This document shows, piece by piece, positions 26,384-40,179 of a DNA stretch of 64,000 nt (the stretch's first letter is position 1; each line of letters begins with the position of its first letter). The notes under the pieces are model-generated. The model was not told where the DNA came from and ran no database searches. It saw only the letters and a program-made list of their open reading frames with translations. This DNA comes from Octopus sinensis (taxonomy: Eukaryota), in the NCBI RefSeq assembly GCF_006345805.1, contig NW_021837035.1, forward strand, positions 2,358 through 66,357, written 5' to 3'. The position numbers and the translations under genes are program-made.

Positions 26384-27933
26384 GTGTGTGTATGTATGTA
26401 TATATATGAAAACCTACATATATGTACATATGGATACGGTAAAATAATGTAACATAGAAATGGACAGACAATTTTAGATAAAAGTAACGCAGATTGAACG
26501 AAGGTGACGGAGGAGTAAACGCTAAACACATACTAAACAACATTATACTGACATCCATACATTCTCACCCCTTCCTGCTCTTTCTCTCTCTGTCTTATGC
26601 ACACATACACACACACACAAATGCACACGCACACACATATGCACTCTTGAGAGACTTTGTATTGTGTGAGCGTGTGTTCTCTGCGTGTGCGTTGTGTTTG
26701 CGTGTGTGTCTGTGTGTGTGTATGTCCCTGCGGGAGTGTATGTGCGCGCGAGCGATGATTGTAATTTTCGAAAAGCTATTCATACAAAATTTCTTCTAAG
26801 GTGATAAGATATCTTCTTCAGTATTATGCCAACAATCATCTATACGCTATTGCTCAACTTATATCACTAGTAGTTCTGGTAGAAATATTATCTACAGAAC
26901 AAGCTCAAATTAAAATAGATTTCTTTTCTGCGAATTTTAGGAGGATTTAGAAGATACCCCAGCTGTGTTTACATGGGGAGGGCTTCCCTTGCATGTGTGG
27001 TTAATACAATTGATTACTGTAGGGAAAATTTTAATTGTGTCAGCAAAGGAAATATAGTGTGAGATACTTAGCGTGAAGTTTTAGGAAAGAGATATAACGG
27101 AGCAGTGTATATAGTTTAGTGAATTAGGGAATAGGTGATGTTTAGCAATATCCTAGCTTCAGGTGAACAAGAGATATCGCAGAAGTGATAAAAGAAACTA
27201 CTGTTATGCATAATGATCTATTGTGTCGCTGGATAATGATTTATCAATGCATTACATAGTCAATTCCTTTGTGAAAGTAGTCTCAAGTATTTGGTTGTAA
27301 AAGCACCTCATTTCCAAATGCGGTAGTGACGCAATCATGCGGATTATAGCGGTTTAACTTGAATGGTTCTACTAATGCTAGATGTGGTATTGATGGAATT
27401 CATCGGACAGTCCGAGATTCGAAAAAAGGAATTAGAATTTATGCTTTAAGAGCGCTATTTTATTGTAACAAAGCCAGTTGTTGTTGTTAAACCGAAGATG
27501 GGATTAAGTCTTTACGCCACGAAAAAAAAATTATTATTGTCAGCCATGTTATGGTTTTAGGTTTAAAGATCGCTTCATTTTTGGACATCTGTGAGTATGT
27601 ATGTATATGTGTGTGCGCGCGAGTGACTGTGTGTAAGTTCGCGCGCATATGTATGTGTGTTCCTATTCATTAATACATGATATAAGATTCATTTCCTTTT
27701 TCTGAAGCTGTTTCCTTACATCAGTTTTATTCGCTTTTTCAACTTTTCCCCGAAAGCATGTAGCCATTTTTTGCCTTAGAGTTAGAGCATAGAATGAAAA
27801 TTTTATTTTTATTTAAACCAGCCTTTCACGTAAATTATTTATTGGGTACAGATCCATAAGGTTCCATAACAGTTACTCCTTGAAATAATATCCAAAGTGG
27901 CACTTAACATGATACGCCTGAAAGAGTCATAAA

Positions 27934-27968
<35 letters not shown>

Positions 27969-27984
27969 TATAATAATAATAATA

Positions 27985-28031
<47 letters not shown>

Positions 28032-28079
28032 TAATAATAATAATAACAATAAAAATTAATTGTCGGAGGCTTATTAATT

Positions 28080-28295
28080 AATAGTCGGAGCCACAGGAAC
28101 CATGAGTAAAAATCTTGAGAAGCACATGGAACAAATAGGGGTTATAAAATGGATGGAACACTTGGAGAAAACAGCACTGCTTGGAACCGCTCCGGATGGT
28201 GCTCAGAAAACATGGAGAGTTACCTTAGTTCATTGATAGTGAACAGCTGACGCCGTAGAACATCACCAGCAATAGAGACTGTGCAAAGACAATAA
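28080..28295 (+). mobile_element. 3' end fragment of a REL-type LINE, subfamily C
   Basis: IVGATGTMSKNLEKHMEQIG...EHLEKTALLGTA followed by a distinct 3' UTR. It lies between (TAA)n at 27940-28050 and (TAA)n at 28295. Confidence 0.7.
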
Positions 28296-28449
28296 AATAA
28301 TAATAATAATAACAACAACAACAACAATGATAATAATAATAATAATGATAAGAAGAAGAAGAAGAAGAAGAAGAAGAGAAGAAGAAGAAGAAGAAGAAGA
28401 GAAGAAGAAGAAGAGGAAGATCAACAACAACAACAACAACAACAACAAC

Positions 28450-30047
28450 AGCAACAACCTGAGGTAATGGAACGGCTAAAGCAAGATATCCTCGCCACAG
28501 CACAAAGAATACGTCGGTATGAGAAACGTCAACGTTTATGAGAAGATTCTACCTAGAACTTGGCAACAATAAAATAGACATCAATGCAGCACCAACAGCA
28601 GAAAAAGTGGAAGAATGTTAGAAGGTCGGTGAAGGAACAACTTTGGACCCCTATAACAACTGAAGAAGTCACCCAGGCACTGCAAAAACTAAGCTACTGG
28701 AAGGCACCTGAGCACGATAAGATCCTAAGTTCTGGTTAAAATACCTAACAGGCACACATAAAATCTGGCTGAGATATTTAATGACATACTAGCAGAGCCA
28801 GAGATAATGCCTGAGTGGTTAACGGAAGGGAAAACCATCCTAATTCCCAAATCCACTGAAGCCACAAACTCACAAAATTACAGACCAATAAGTTGTTTCC
28901 TTACAATTTACAAAGCCTTTACAGCAATAATATCGCAGGGAATGAGCAAGCATCTGAAGAAAACAAACTGTTTCCAGAAGAGCAGAATGAACGCTGCAAG
29001 GGATCAGCCGCATAAAGAAGGGTCTAAGTATAGCCTGGATCGATTACCAAAAGGCTTTTGATAGTATTCTCCACACATAGATCCTAGAAACACTAGCCAT
29101 GAACAAAGTAGCGCCAATAATCATAAAATATATAACACAATCCATGAATAAATGGCAGACAGTGCTACAGCTCCAGACAAAAGAGGGACTCATAGAAACC
29201 ATAGCTATTAGAAGAGGAACATTCCTTTTCTGCTTGGCATTGATATCTTTTTTGACATGCGGATACAACTGTTACGACAAAACAATCAGCCACCTCTTAT
29301 ATATGTATGACCTAAAACTGCACACTACAAATGATAAACAGCTGGTAATATTACTACAGACAGTACATGGATTTATCAAAGAAATAAATATGAAATTTAG
29401 CTTAGAAAAGTATGCCAAAGCAACCTTGAAAAGAGGAAAACTAGAATTTGACAAAAGCCAGATACAAATATTTAGGAATGAATGAACTAGATACGACACA
29501 ACACACACAATAATGAAAGAGAAAATAAAAAACGGAATACAACAGACGAAATACATTAATACTCAAAACAGGGCTCAATGCGAAAAACAAGATAATAGGT
29601 ATCAACACTAGCCGTCGCAGTTATAAGTTACAGCTACAATATCCTTAACTGGACACTAAATGAACTGATCAAAATAGACAGGAAAACAAGAAAAATGCGT
29701 GTCTCAAAAAGAAATGGAGAAACCTTCAAAATACAAAGCCCTAGAAATAGAGGTAACTCGAATGTGGAATCTAAAAACAAACAATTCCTATCATAGTAGG
29801 TGCATTAGGTATGATACAAAAAATATTCAGACAAATACATAACAAAAACACCAGGACTAACAAATATGTGTAATATACAGAAAATAGCACTACCAGACAC
29901 CCCACACATTCTACGTAAAACATTTGCAATATAGTAACACAACAATACAGTAACAGAACAAAACACAGCCTCACAACAAACCACGGCAAATACCCAGGGC
30001 GCACAGAACTGCAGTCCGTAGTGCAGTGAAAGCACGTTATAGAAATA

Positions 30048-30050
<3 letters not shown>
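28450..30050 (+). mobile_element. R4/Dong-like LINE, subfamily B, 5'-truncated and internally deleted
   Basis: WLTEGKTILIPKS..NYRPISC; ISHLLYMYDLKL. At ~29700 it jumps to the REL C-terminus (KYKALEIEVTRMW), then a 3' UTR and (TAA)n to 30115. Confidence 0.9.
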
Positions 30051-30113
<63 letters not shown>

Positions 30114-30115
30114 TG

Positions 30116-31830
30116 AGGTGATGGGGGAAGAAACCATAAACCACATTCTTTCTGGATACACAGTTCTGGTTAAGAAAGAATATATCCAAAGACGTGACAG
30201 TTATACACACTGGAAGCTGTGCCAACACTTTGGGAAAAATCATCTTAATCATCTTAATTCCCAAATCCACTGAAACGACAAACCCACAAAATTACAGACC
30301 CATAACATGTCTCGCTACACCTTACAAAGCCTTAACTACAAAAATATTGCAGAGAATGAAAAGAAAACTGAAAGAAAACAACTTGTTTCCAGAGGAGCAG
30401 AAGGGTTGCCGCAAAGGCGGCTCACATGGCTGTAAAGATAAGTTATTGATCAAGTAAGCCAAAACTGAAGACAGCCGAAATAACAAAGAAGCGTCTAAAC
30501 ATGGTTTGGATCAATTATCGAAAGGTTTTTCTAGTGTGGACCCTAGAAACACTAGCCATTAACAAGGTAGCACCAGCAATAATAGAATATATAAAACATG
30601 CCATGAATAAATGACAAACAATGATGCAGCTCCAGACAAAAGAGGCACTCATAAAAACTCAGGCCATCGCCATTAGAACAGGAGTATTCGAAGAAGATAG
30701 ATCTCTGCAATTCTTTTCCACCTGACACTGAGGCTTTTAACTGACATGTTAAACAGAACTGCATGTGGATACAACTACTACGGTAAAACCACAACCATCT
30801 CTTGTATATGGGTAATCTGAAACTATACTGCAAATCATAAACTACAGAAAACATTACTACATAGAGTGCATGGATTTATGGAATGGAAGCGCTCCGTCGG
30901 TTACGACGACGAGGTTTCCGGTTGATCCGAATCAACGGAACAGCCTGCTCGTGAAATTAACGTGTAAGTGGCTGAGCACTCCACAGACACGTGTACCCTT
31001 AACGTAGTTCTCGGGGATATTCAGCGTGACACAGAGAGTGACAAGGCCGGCCCTTTGAAATACAGGTACAACAGAAACAGGAAGTAAGAGTGAGAGAAAG
31101 TTGTGGTGAAAGAGTACAGCAGGGACCACCACCATCCCCTGCCGGAGCTGCGTGGAGCTTTTAGGTGTTTTCGTTCAATAAACACTCACAACGCCCGGTC
31201 TGGGTATCGAAACCGCGATCCTATGACCGCGAGTCCGCTGCCCTAAACATTGGGCCATTGCGCCTCCACAGTGCATGGATTTACTTAAGAAATAAACATG
31301 AAATTCGGCGTATGAAAATGTGCCAAAGCAACCTTGAAAGAGCGAAAACTAGTCAATAGTAGATAAAGAAAATGAAATAAAGAAAATGAAATAACAAAAT
31401 TAAACCAAAGCCAGACATATAATTACTTAGGAATCAATAAACAAGACACGGTACAACACACACACATGAAAGAGAAGATAAGGAAAGAATACTATAGACG
31501 AGTTTGATTAATACTTAAAACAATGTAAAAACACGTTATTATGTATCAATACTCTCGTTGTCCCAGTTGTAAGTTATAATTACAATATTCTTAATTGGAC
31601 ACTAAATGAACTAACCAAAATAGACTACAGAACAAGAAAAATGATGCAGAATTTATGATGCACCACTCAACATTTAACCTAGAAAGGCTATATATACAAC
31701 GAATTGAAGGAGGAAGAGGCATTATACAACTGGAAATTACTATAAAATGACTACCATAGGATTACAGAATATCTAACTCAGAATCAAAGAAAACTGGTGC
31801 CAATAGCAACAAAATACGAGCAAAACAAAA
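30116..31830 (+). mobile_element. Rearranged R4/Dong-like LINE, subfamily B, with SINE insertion
   Basis: A Zn-region fragment (EETINHILSG..KKEYIQR) is fused upstream of the RT start (LIPKSTETTNPQNYRPITCL..EEQKGCRKG). It is homologous to 5079-5820 and is cut at ~31830 by the Tx1-like element. Confidence 0.85.
30879..31269 (-). mobile_element. tRNA-derived SINE (head H1, tail T2) with a 14-bp TSD
   Basis: TSD AGTGCATGGATTTA at 30865-30878 and 31270-31283. The head matches 4235-4434 and the tail matches 59654-59821. Confidence 0.92.
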
Positions 31831-34690
31831 GCAGAAGAGTACGCGCACCAGTTTGGTCAGACGTAATCTGGGACAGATCAGAACGGCCAGGAAGTAATAT
31901 ATGACGGAGGCGACGTAAGCATTCGCCACCCCTGCCTAAACTTTCAAGGATAGCTTTCTCTCAGTTCATTTCTGGTTGAGATTAGCTACCTTGCTTGTCA
32001 CATCGTCCCAGTTCTTCTCCACTGGAGATCTGGACCAAACCAGACACCAGCAATTCGACAGGTCCTCCGTCCAGCGGCTCCACCTCGCGTACCCGGTTGA
32101 CATGGAGATAAATATATATATTTTATCCACCGAAAATGGGAATGATCGCTTGTCGGTCAGAGAGTCTAGTTTTACTGATAGCCACTATATCTATATGTGG
32201 TGATTTGATGGAATTCTTTCAAAGACGACCCCAGGCATCGTGGATTTATACTGCCTATCTTAAGTAAGGCTATGTCAGAATAATGAATAGACCCGGGAAT
32301 GTTACTTTCATTTTGTAAGCAAGGTGGGGTTGGATGATTCTTTCCCATGGCCATATGTGGAAGTTTTGACAAGCAGTTATATATATACTCTTTTATTGAT
32401 ATTTGTCCTGAAAACTTCTACTCCTTCAGGTTATTTTAGTTGTTATGGTGTTGTATGTATTTTGTGATGTTAGGGTGGCTTCTATGTGTGTTGCGGTGTT
32501 TTTTTTCGGTTTGATAAAATCGCTGTGTGTGATGTCTGTATAGTTATATGTGTGTCCCATCTGTTCTTTATTGTGCGTGTTTATTGCTGAGTAGTTAATA
32601 ATGTTTGAATTTTGTTGGTTTTAGGATGTGCGATATAAGATTCGTATGTGTGAATTGTGTTGGGCTTGTCATGATGGTGTCTTTGACATTTGTGGTGGTG
32701 ATGGTCGTGATGGAGATGATGTTATTGCTGACGGTACTGGTGTAGCAGCTGATGGGATCAGTGTCTGTGTATTTGTTCTAAAAGACGTCTTACCCCCTGT
32801 GGTCATACGTGTCAGATTTTTATCTTGAGTGTTTTTCTTTTTCTTTTCTTTGACCTTCTGATATTTTACCACCACCACATGGCACATCTCGCTTGTATGT
32901 AGAAGCCATAGATGTTGGTGAGTTATCTACTCCGCTTGTTGTTGTTGCTTTCAATTTTGTTGTTGCTGTAGTTCCTGCTACTGTTCTTGGTGTTGCTATG
33001 ATTATTGTTGCTGCTACTATTACTGCTTTTTTTTGGGCGGCTATCGTGATCACCTGCCTCTGCTGGTGTTGTTGCTGTTATTGTTGCTGTTGATGTTGAT
33101 GTTGATGTTGTTGTTGTTGTTGATGATGTTGTTGATGTTGGTGTTGTTGTTGTTGATGATGTTGGTGGTGTTGTTGCTGTTGTTGTTGTTGTTGTTGATG
33201 TTGATGTTGTTGTTGTTGATGATGTTGTTGATGTTGTGTTGTTGATGATGTTGGTGGTGTTGTTGCTGTTTTGGTGGTCGTGGTGGTAGTGGTGGTTGTG
33301 GTGGTCCTGGTTGTGTTGGTCTTGATGGTGGTGGTGGTGGTGGTGGTGGATGTGTAGACACAAACGGGGCGCTCCCTTCTCTCTTTTGTTGTGGGCAGAA
33401 ATCTTTGAGGTTATTTGTGTCCCCAAACTGGTAACATCTCGGCCTTCTGCACTCAATAGCTACGTGAAACTTTGGCTATCTGGTAGGCGTATGGAATCTG
33501 GAATGGCGTCGACGGTTTAGAGAACCTGCCTATACTTATAATTCCATGCACTGCTCTAACCAGTTCTGCTTCTGCGTTTTCTATTTCTGCAGAAGAGTAG
33601 TTTTTCTCTTCAATGCGTAGAGAGTAACAGCCACCAGCCAGCAGATGTTTATTTCTAGTGATATATTTAATATTCTCATTTTGAATACCTTTCGGCTAAG
33701 GTAGATGGGGATGAGAATGAATTCATCACCCGTTAGGGTGGCTTTTGAATAATGTTTCCGCCTTCTTTTCAGAAACAAACCTCATTTCGACAGTCACATA
33801 TTTTTTACCCTTGGCTATATAAATTTTGCTCTCCCGAATTGGTCGTAAACACTTTTCAATTTGATGTTCTACTCTTCTACACTTTGTTGCATGTTCTACT
33901 CTTCTACACTTTTCTTCAATTGTCTTACATAAAACACTTCGTAAATTCGTTTCTTGCTGGATCGATCTATGAATATTTAGTGTCACATTTCTCCCAAATT
34001 TTTTCCAACATACATTTTGCACTTTTCAATTTATTTTCGTTGATAAAACTATCTTCGCTTACTTGCCTTGTCGCTTGCGCTAAGTCACCGAGAATTGGTG
34101 TGTTTGACTAGTTTCCTTTGTTGACGTTTTTGTCAATTATGTTGGTGTTGGTGGTTGTAGGTTTCCTGTTGCTACTGGTGACGGTGGTGGTGGTGGAGGT
34201 AGTAGTGTTCTTACTGATGTTGATTTTTGTTGTTATTGATTTCTTTTGTTCCTGTGATCGTGAAGGTTGTGTTGGATGCAGCTGAAACATTATTGTCGTC
34301 TCTGTTGTTGTTGGTGTTGTTGTTGTTGTTGTGGTTGCAGCTGCTACTGCTGTTTTGCTGGTAATGCTGTCACTGTCTTGTTTGTTCTGCTTTGCGGATG
34401 ACCGGCTGTTCTTTCCAGCAGGCGAATAATCCTCGTTCATCATCTTTCTAGAAACATCAATTCAAATTGAGGCCCGTAGCAGCCCTAAACAAACAACGAA
34501 TTAGCCCCTAAGGACTACAGATTGAGAAGAACCCTTTCCCTAAGTTCCTGGTTACTTTATCTATGTAACAATAGAGATAACAAAATCTTGCAGAAGCAAT
34601 GTGCAGCACCTGTCGATAGACGAACATTGACAACAACACCAGCCACGACACCACCACCACCAACAAACACCTAACTGTAGCAGCAATGAT
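31830..34690 (-). mobile_element. L1/Tx1-clade LINE relic: gag-like ORF1, APE N-terminus fused by deletion to the RT C-terminal region
   Basis: ORF1: RRM-like VEMRFVSEKKAETL..ILIPIYL and a decayed Zn knuckle RRPRCYQFGDTNNLKDFCP. ORF2 start LKIGSINPRCLG..TRL, joined at ~32078 to GPVELL(G)VWFGPDLQ..EKNWDDVTSKV..RKLSLK..VANAY. The 5' boundary is approximate. Confidence 0.8.
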
Positions 34691-34699
34691 AATGATAAT

Positions 34700-34925
34700 G
34701 GGACCTATTGAGCAGGATGGGCTACTCATCCTGAAGGAGATTCTAACTGGATCCCTACTGCAAGGTCATGCGCTGTTTATCTTGATATGAGATCACCATG
34801 TCGCGCATATCTGGTTGGGATGCATGTACCTGGTGTACTCTTATCAGACGGGTAGCTATGATGTGTATACTGGGCTTCGTATATTTTACCCCAGTGCCAC
34901 TTTGATGGCATGCACTGCTCTCTCA
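34700..34925 (-). mobile_element. Probable 5' fragment of another interspersed repeat abutting a (TAA/CAA)n tract
   Basis: A GC-balanced unit (minus strand gagagcagtgcatgccatcaaagtggcactggggtaaaatatacgaagccc) starts right at the microsatellite. No second copy occurs in the window, and the assignment rests on recollection of a similar octopus repeat. Confidence 0.3.
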
Positions 34926-35049
34926 TTTAATAACAGCAACAACAACAACACCAACTACAATAATAATAATAATAACAATGATGATTATAATGATGATGAA
35001 GATGATGATAATAATAATAATAACAGCAACAACAACGACGACGACGACG

Positions 35050-35083
<34 letters not shown>

Positions 35084-35197
35084 TAATAATAATAATAAGA
35101 AGAAGAAGAAGAAGAAAAGAAGAAGAAGAAGAGAAGAAGAAGAAGAAGAAGAAGAAGAAGAAGAAGAAGAAGAAGAAAAGAAGAAGAAGAAGAAGAA

Positions 35198-35490
35198 AAC
35201 CTTTTAAGTACGAAATAACCCGGTTATGGAAAATAAAGGTGAAAATAGTGCCAGTTATTGTTGGATCTTTGGGAACAGTAGCAGAAGGCACCAAGAGGAA
35301 TCTCAAGAAATTGGAATAGAGTGCCCAGTAGAACTGTTACAAAAGTTTTGCCACCTTAGCACGGCAAGAATCAGTAATGTATTAGATAGCTGAGAAGAAC
35401 GAAAATTATAGAACCGTAGGTTGCAGGTAGTAAGCCCACTACGCATACAATACTCCAGGGATTATAACAAAACCTGTAATAAAAGGAAAT
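35198..35490 (+). mobile_element. 3' end fragment of a REL-type LINE, subfamily D
   Basis: KYEITRLWKIKVKIVPVIVGSLGTVAEGTKRNLK..ELLQK, a distinct 3' UTR, then (TAA)n/(GAT)n. Confidence 0.75.
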
Positions 35491-35518
35491 AATAATAATA
35501 ACCATAATAATAATAATA

Positions 35519-35601
<83 letters not shown>

Positions 35602-35639
35602 GATGATAATAATAATAATAGTAATAATAATAATGATGT

Positions 35640-35800
35640 TTTCTACTAATTTGGGTGAGAGGCTAGTCGATTACTTTGACCTCAGTCCTTGTCTGGTACT
35701 TACTTTATCGACCTCGAAAGGCTAAGGGGAAAGTCGGACTTGGCGGAATTTGAACTAAGAAAACTAAAGCGTAGGAAAAACGTCGCTGAGAATTTGTCGA
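35640..35800 (-). mobile_element. Degenerate Deu/Nin-like SINE
   Basis: ggtacttactttatcgacctcgaaaggc...ggcggaatttgaact, homologous to 20865-21046. Confidence 0.7.
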
Positions 35801-36582
35801 ACGAAATAACGATTTCAACTATAAAATCCAAAATTACCAACAAGCCCCGGCGCATGCTTGTCATGTTTATTTTTTGCATCACCACATATATCACTACCAG
35901 TACCATATATTTTACTATTTTTTAAATTATCATATTCGTAATCAACATCATTACTCTCAACATTATTATCAGCATTATTGTCATGTTTTCCATTCTGATA
36001 ATCATAATCATTTTTCAGCATCACCACCACCATCGAGTTTTGCATTCTGATAATCACAACTGTTTTCATCATATATAATAAATACATTGCAAGACATTTC
36101 ATTTTTCAAATACTATTTAATTATGTATTGCCTATTTTTTCTTTCTTCAACTTTTATATCAAAAATCAGTTCTTGTTTTGTTTTTTTTTTTGTATAACTT
36201 GGGCATTTTCTCAAACTGTTATTTTTTCATTTATCTTTCTCTTACCAAACAAAGGATTTTAAATATTAAAAAACAATATTCAGCGTTTTTAAACAAATCG
36301 GAACTTTAATCATAGGAGAAGACTTTGACAAACACCTGCTGCAAGTACACACCCACAGCGTAGAGACACGCAAACAAGATATATGTGAACATACACTTAC
36401 ATTCGCAAGCATACACATCATCAACCTTAGAAAAATAAGCACGAATATAGATACATAAACGTAGAAAATAAAACATGATGTTACTGAATAAACTTATCTT
36501 AAGTTTAATTTATCATTGTTTTTCTTAAATTTCTGTTCAAGACATATATTGTATTTCAATCTTCTCTCACTATCTCTTTCTT

Positions 36583-36645
<63 letters not shown>

Positions 36646-37134
36646 ATATATATATATATATACATACGTATGTCTATATATATATATATATTATATATAT
36701 CTGTATGTATATATGTATGTATGTGTGCATAAATGTACGCATATGCAGAGACTGGAGTGATGTACAGATTTTATATGTAAAGAACAAGGAGGTAGTCAGC
36801 GTTTTGGATAAGTTCTTTATTAGCACTTTCGTTTAGATGAATGAGAAAACAGACCAAATAGAAAAACGATCCAAAATACTGACTACCACCCTTTTTAATA
36901 TATGCGTGTATTTATGTATATGTGTGTGCGAGTGTATACATACATACATGCATACATACATATATATATAATATATATATATATATATGTGTGTGTGTTT
37001 GTGTGTGTGTGTGTGTATACATACATACATACTTATATATACACATATATATATATATAATATATATATATGTGTGTGTGTTTGTGTGTGTGTGTGTGTA
37101 TACATACATACATATATATATATATACATACGTA

Positions 37135-37211
<77 letters not shown>

Positions 37212-37861
37212 ATAATCTATACAATCCGAATGAAATCGAGAGAATTGTACTTTATTAATAAATTCAAACCTAAGCTTAATAAACAACGATAAAAAATAAT
37301 CTTAGTTATGGCTTAAAAGTCTTATCATCAAATCTAAAACTGAAAAATTTCTATAAAGTACTGCTGTCATCATTTCTAAAAAAATAAACACTGAAAAATG
37401 GTATGGGATCATTTTTTTTAAATATTCGAGCAACTACTACTTCTATCCACAGGAATGTATATAAAGGACAAAATTTAACCAGTCAACCACTGTTGAAACC
37501 AATGAACACAACTGTCACCACAACCATATGAACCTGAAGATTGCATGAAAGCAAGAACGTATCCTTGTTCAATAAGAATGGACATTTAAAATATCATTTG
37601 TTCAATGAGAATAGATAATTAATACTTCCTTTTATTTCTTTTTACTATATTATTTAAATAATTTAAATAATGTATATTATTTTATATCTTATATTGATAT
37701 TATAAGAGTATATTTAATTTATATAAAATGTTTTATGTATTTGATTAAGTCTTTCTTTGTTTGATTTGTCTCTAATTAATATTATATTATATTTTACTAT
37801 AAAATTGGATTCAATCCTAAATCTGATTTTTCCCTGTAAATTTGGATTTATTCCCTAATAT

Positions 37862-37928
<67 letters not shown>

Positions 37929-37934
37929 CACTTC

Positions 37935-39230
37935 TTTCGAGATATATGGGCTGTGACTGATGAAGTGCTCAGAATTAGTCCGAGACGAACGATTATTGAA
38001 GAGGTAAACTCAGAAACAGAGTTTAGGTCAATCAGGGAATTCCGAAACGGAAAGCACGTAAACGTAAAGCTTCAGAAATATTTTTTGAATACATATATAT
38101 TAATCTATATTAATACATATCAATACAAATCTCTATATATAAAAACATAGCATAAATATATCAATAAAAATATAACTTAAAAGAACCTAAAAATATGCGA
38201 GTTATAAATATGGTGAGTGCAAAAGAAAGTAGAAATAGAGATTGAAAATAAAATGATAAACGACCTATACAAAAAGATACAACATATATAAATTATATAA
38301 GATAAAAAGCTAAGACAGTTCAGAGAGCAAATAACTACTTTACTGGAACATTTCAAAAATTTATAACTAAGGATTAAGAATTCACGATTAAGTCCCGTTA
38401 TTAGAGGAAATCCATTCGACAGCCGTTTCTAGAGTACATTTTCGGTTAGGCAAGAAGCGTGGTTTATCCGCAATTTACAACCGAAAGGCAGAAATATAGA
38501 CGTCAATAAAGTCACGAAGGGTACTAGTTAACCCCTGTATTGCTTGAAATAAGAGTTAAAACAATTCATAGCTCCAAGAAAATACTTATCTTAAGACTAA
38601 CAAGGGGAGCAAGCTACCTACAGCATCCAGACATAGACAGATCGCAAGTGATTTCGTAATTCCTTAATGCTCGTCTATTCTCAAAGCTCGTTTTCCAGCG
38701 TTCATTATCTTCACATCGTCTTGGCTTAACAACCCTCACTCTTTGTTTTTACTGTCTTAGTCTCACTGTCCTGTTTTGATACCAATTTCACCATCCGCAA
38801 AAAATCCCAAATTTTATTTATTTGCTTTGCGGGAAGGACCGCTTTAACGAAGTCGCGTATTGTCCTTGCCTTCGGGACGCGGGGTAGATAAAACAGGGGA
38901 CAAGTGATGAAGGGAATGTTCTTTATGTTCCATGTCTCGTTTCTCTGTTTCGTTTCGTTGTTCGAAAAAAGGGTCGTTTTCTGTTTTTGTTTATGTTTTC
39001 ATTTCTCATTCTGTCTACTTTTTTAATGTCCTGTACCCATATATGTATGTATATGTACATATATATGAAGTAGGTATGCACATATATGTATGTATATATG
39101 CATATATTTATATTTTATTTATATTATTATATGATCGAACGCTACGCATCCTTTTCCAAGTAAGCTTTGTCTTATATATATATATATGTGTGTGTGCGCG
39201 TGTGTGTGTGTATGTATGTATGTGTGCATT

Positions 39231-39290
<60 letters not shown>

Positions 39291-39306
39291 GTATATATAT
39301 ACATAT

Positions 39307-39357
<51 letters not shown>

Positions 39358-39362
39358 CATAT

Positions 39363-39418
<56 letters not shown>

Positions 39419-39545
39419 TTTATTTAATTTGCTTTGTGGGAAGGACTGTTTGAACGAAGTCGTGTTTGGCCTTACCTTCGAAACGCGGAGGAGATAAAAC
39501 AAGGGATAACTAATGAACGGAATGTTCTTTATGTTGCATGTGTGT
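37935..39545 (+). mobile_element. Penelope-like element relic (GIY-YIG C-terminus and repeated terminal segments)
   Basis: RQEAWFIRNLQPKGRN (38448-38495) resembles the PLE endonuclease C-terminus. Direct repeats lie at 38818-38935 and 39425-39540, and there are hammerhead-like motifs at 37970-38050. Confidence 0.5.
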
Positions 39546-39583
39546 GTGAGTATAAATTAAATAAAATTTCTAATTGATATACG

Positions 39584-39642
<59 letters not shown>

Positions 39643-40057
39643 CGGTGAGCTGCCGAACAGCGCAACTGGTCATAGAACAGTAATGGAAATATTATGAGAT
39701 GGACACTTTCGGTGTGTCAGTTTGCAGTGTCTTCTTTACCCTCTGAGTGACTGAAGAGCAGATAATCACTCCGATATGCATGCATCATACATCTGGTTGG
39801 GTGGAACTGGGAGCTGACGCAGTGTATTTGCATCTACTTGTCTACAAACGAAGATTTCTCCATGATACAATACAGTGAGTTGCTTTCACACGAGTTCGAT
39901 TTTGTCTCAAGCATATTAGATAGAACTGGTAACAAGTTTGTATTTATACACATCACTACTTCGCATTTTCACTCCGCTTATCTATCTATTCATCTATACC
40001 TACCTACATACATACATACATACTACATACATACATACATACATACATAATACAAAC

Positions 40058-40134
<77 letters not shown>

Positions 40135-40179
40135 ATAGACACTCCCTTCGGTTTTGCCGTATGAGGGTCCGACAGCCTA

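Noticed and set aside
33050-33361. P/Q/H/N-rich ORF resembling a transcription-factor or prion-like domain
   Set aside because: It lies directly after the Zn knuckle of the Tx1-like ORF1 and consists of trinucleotide expansions; there is no host-gene context.
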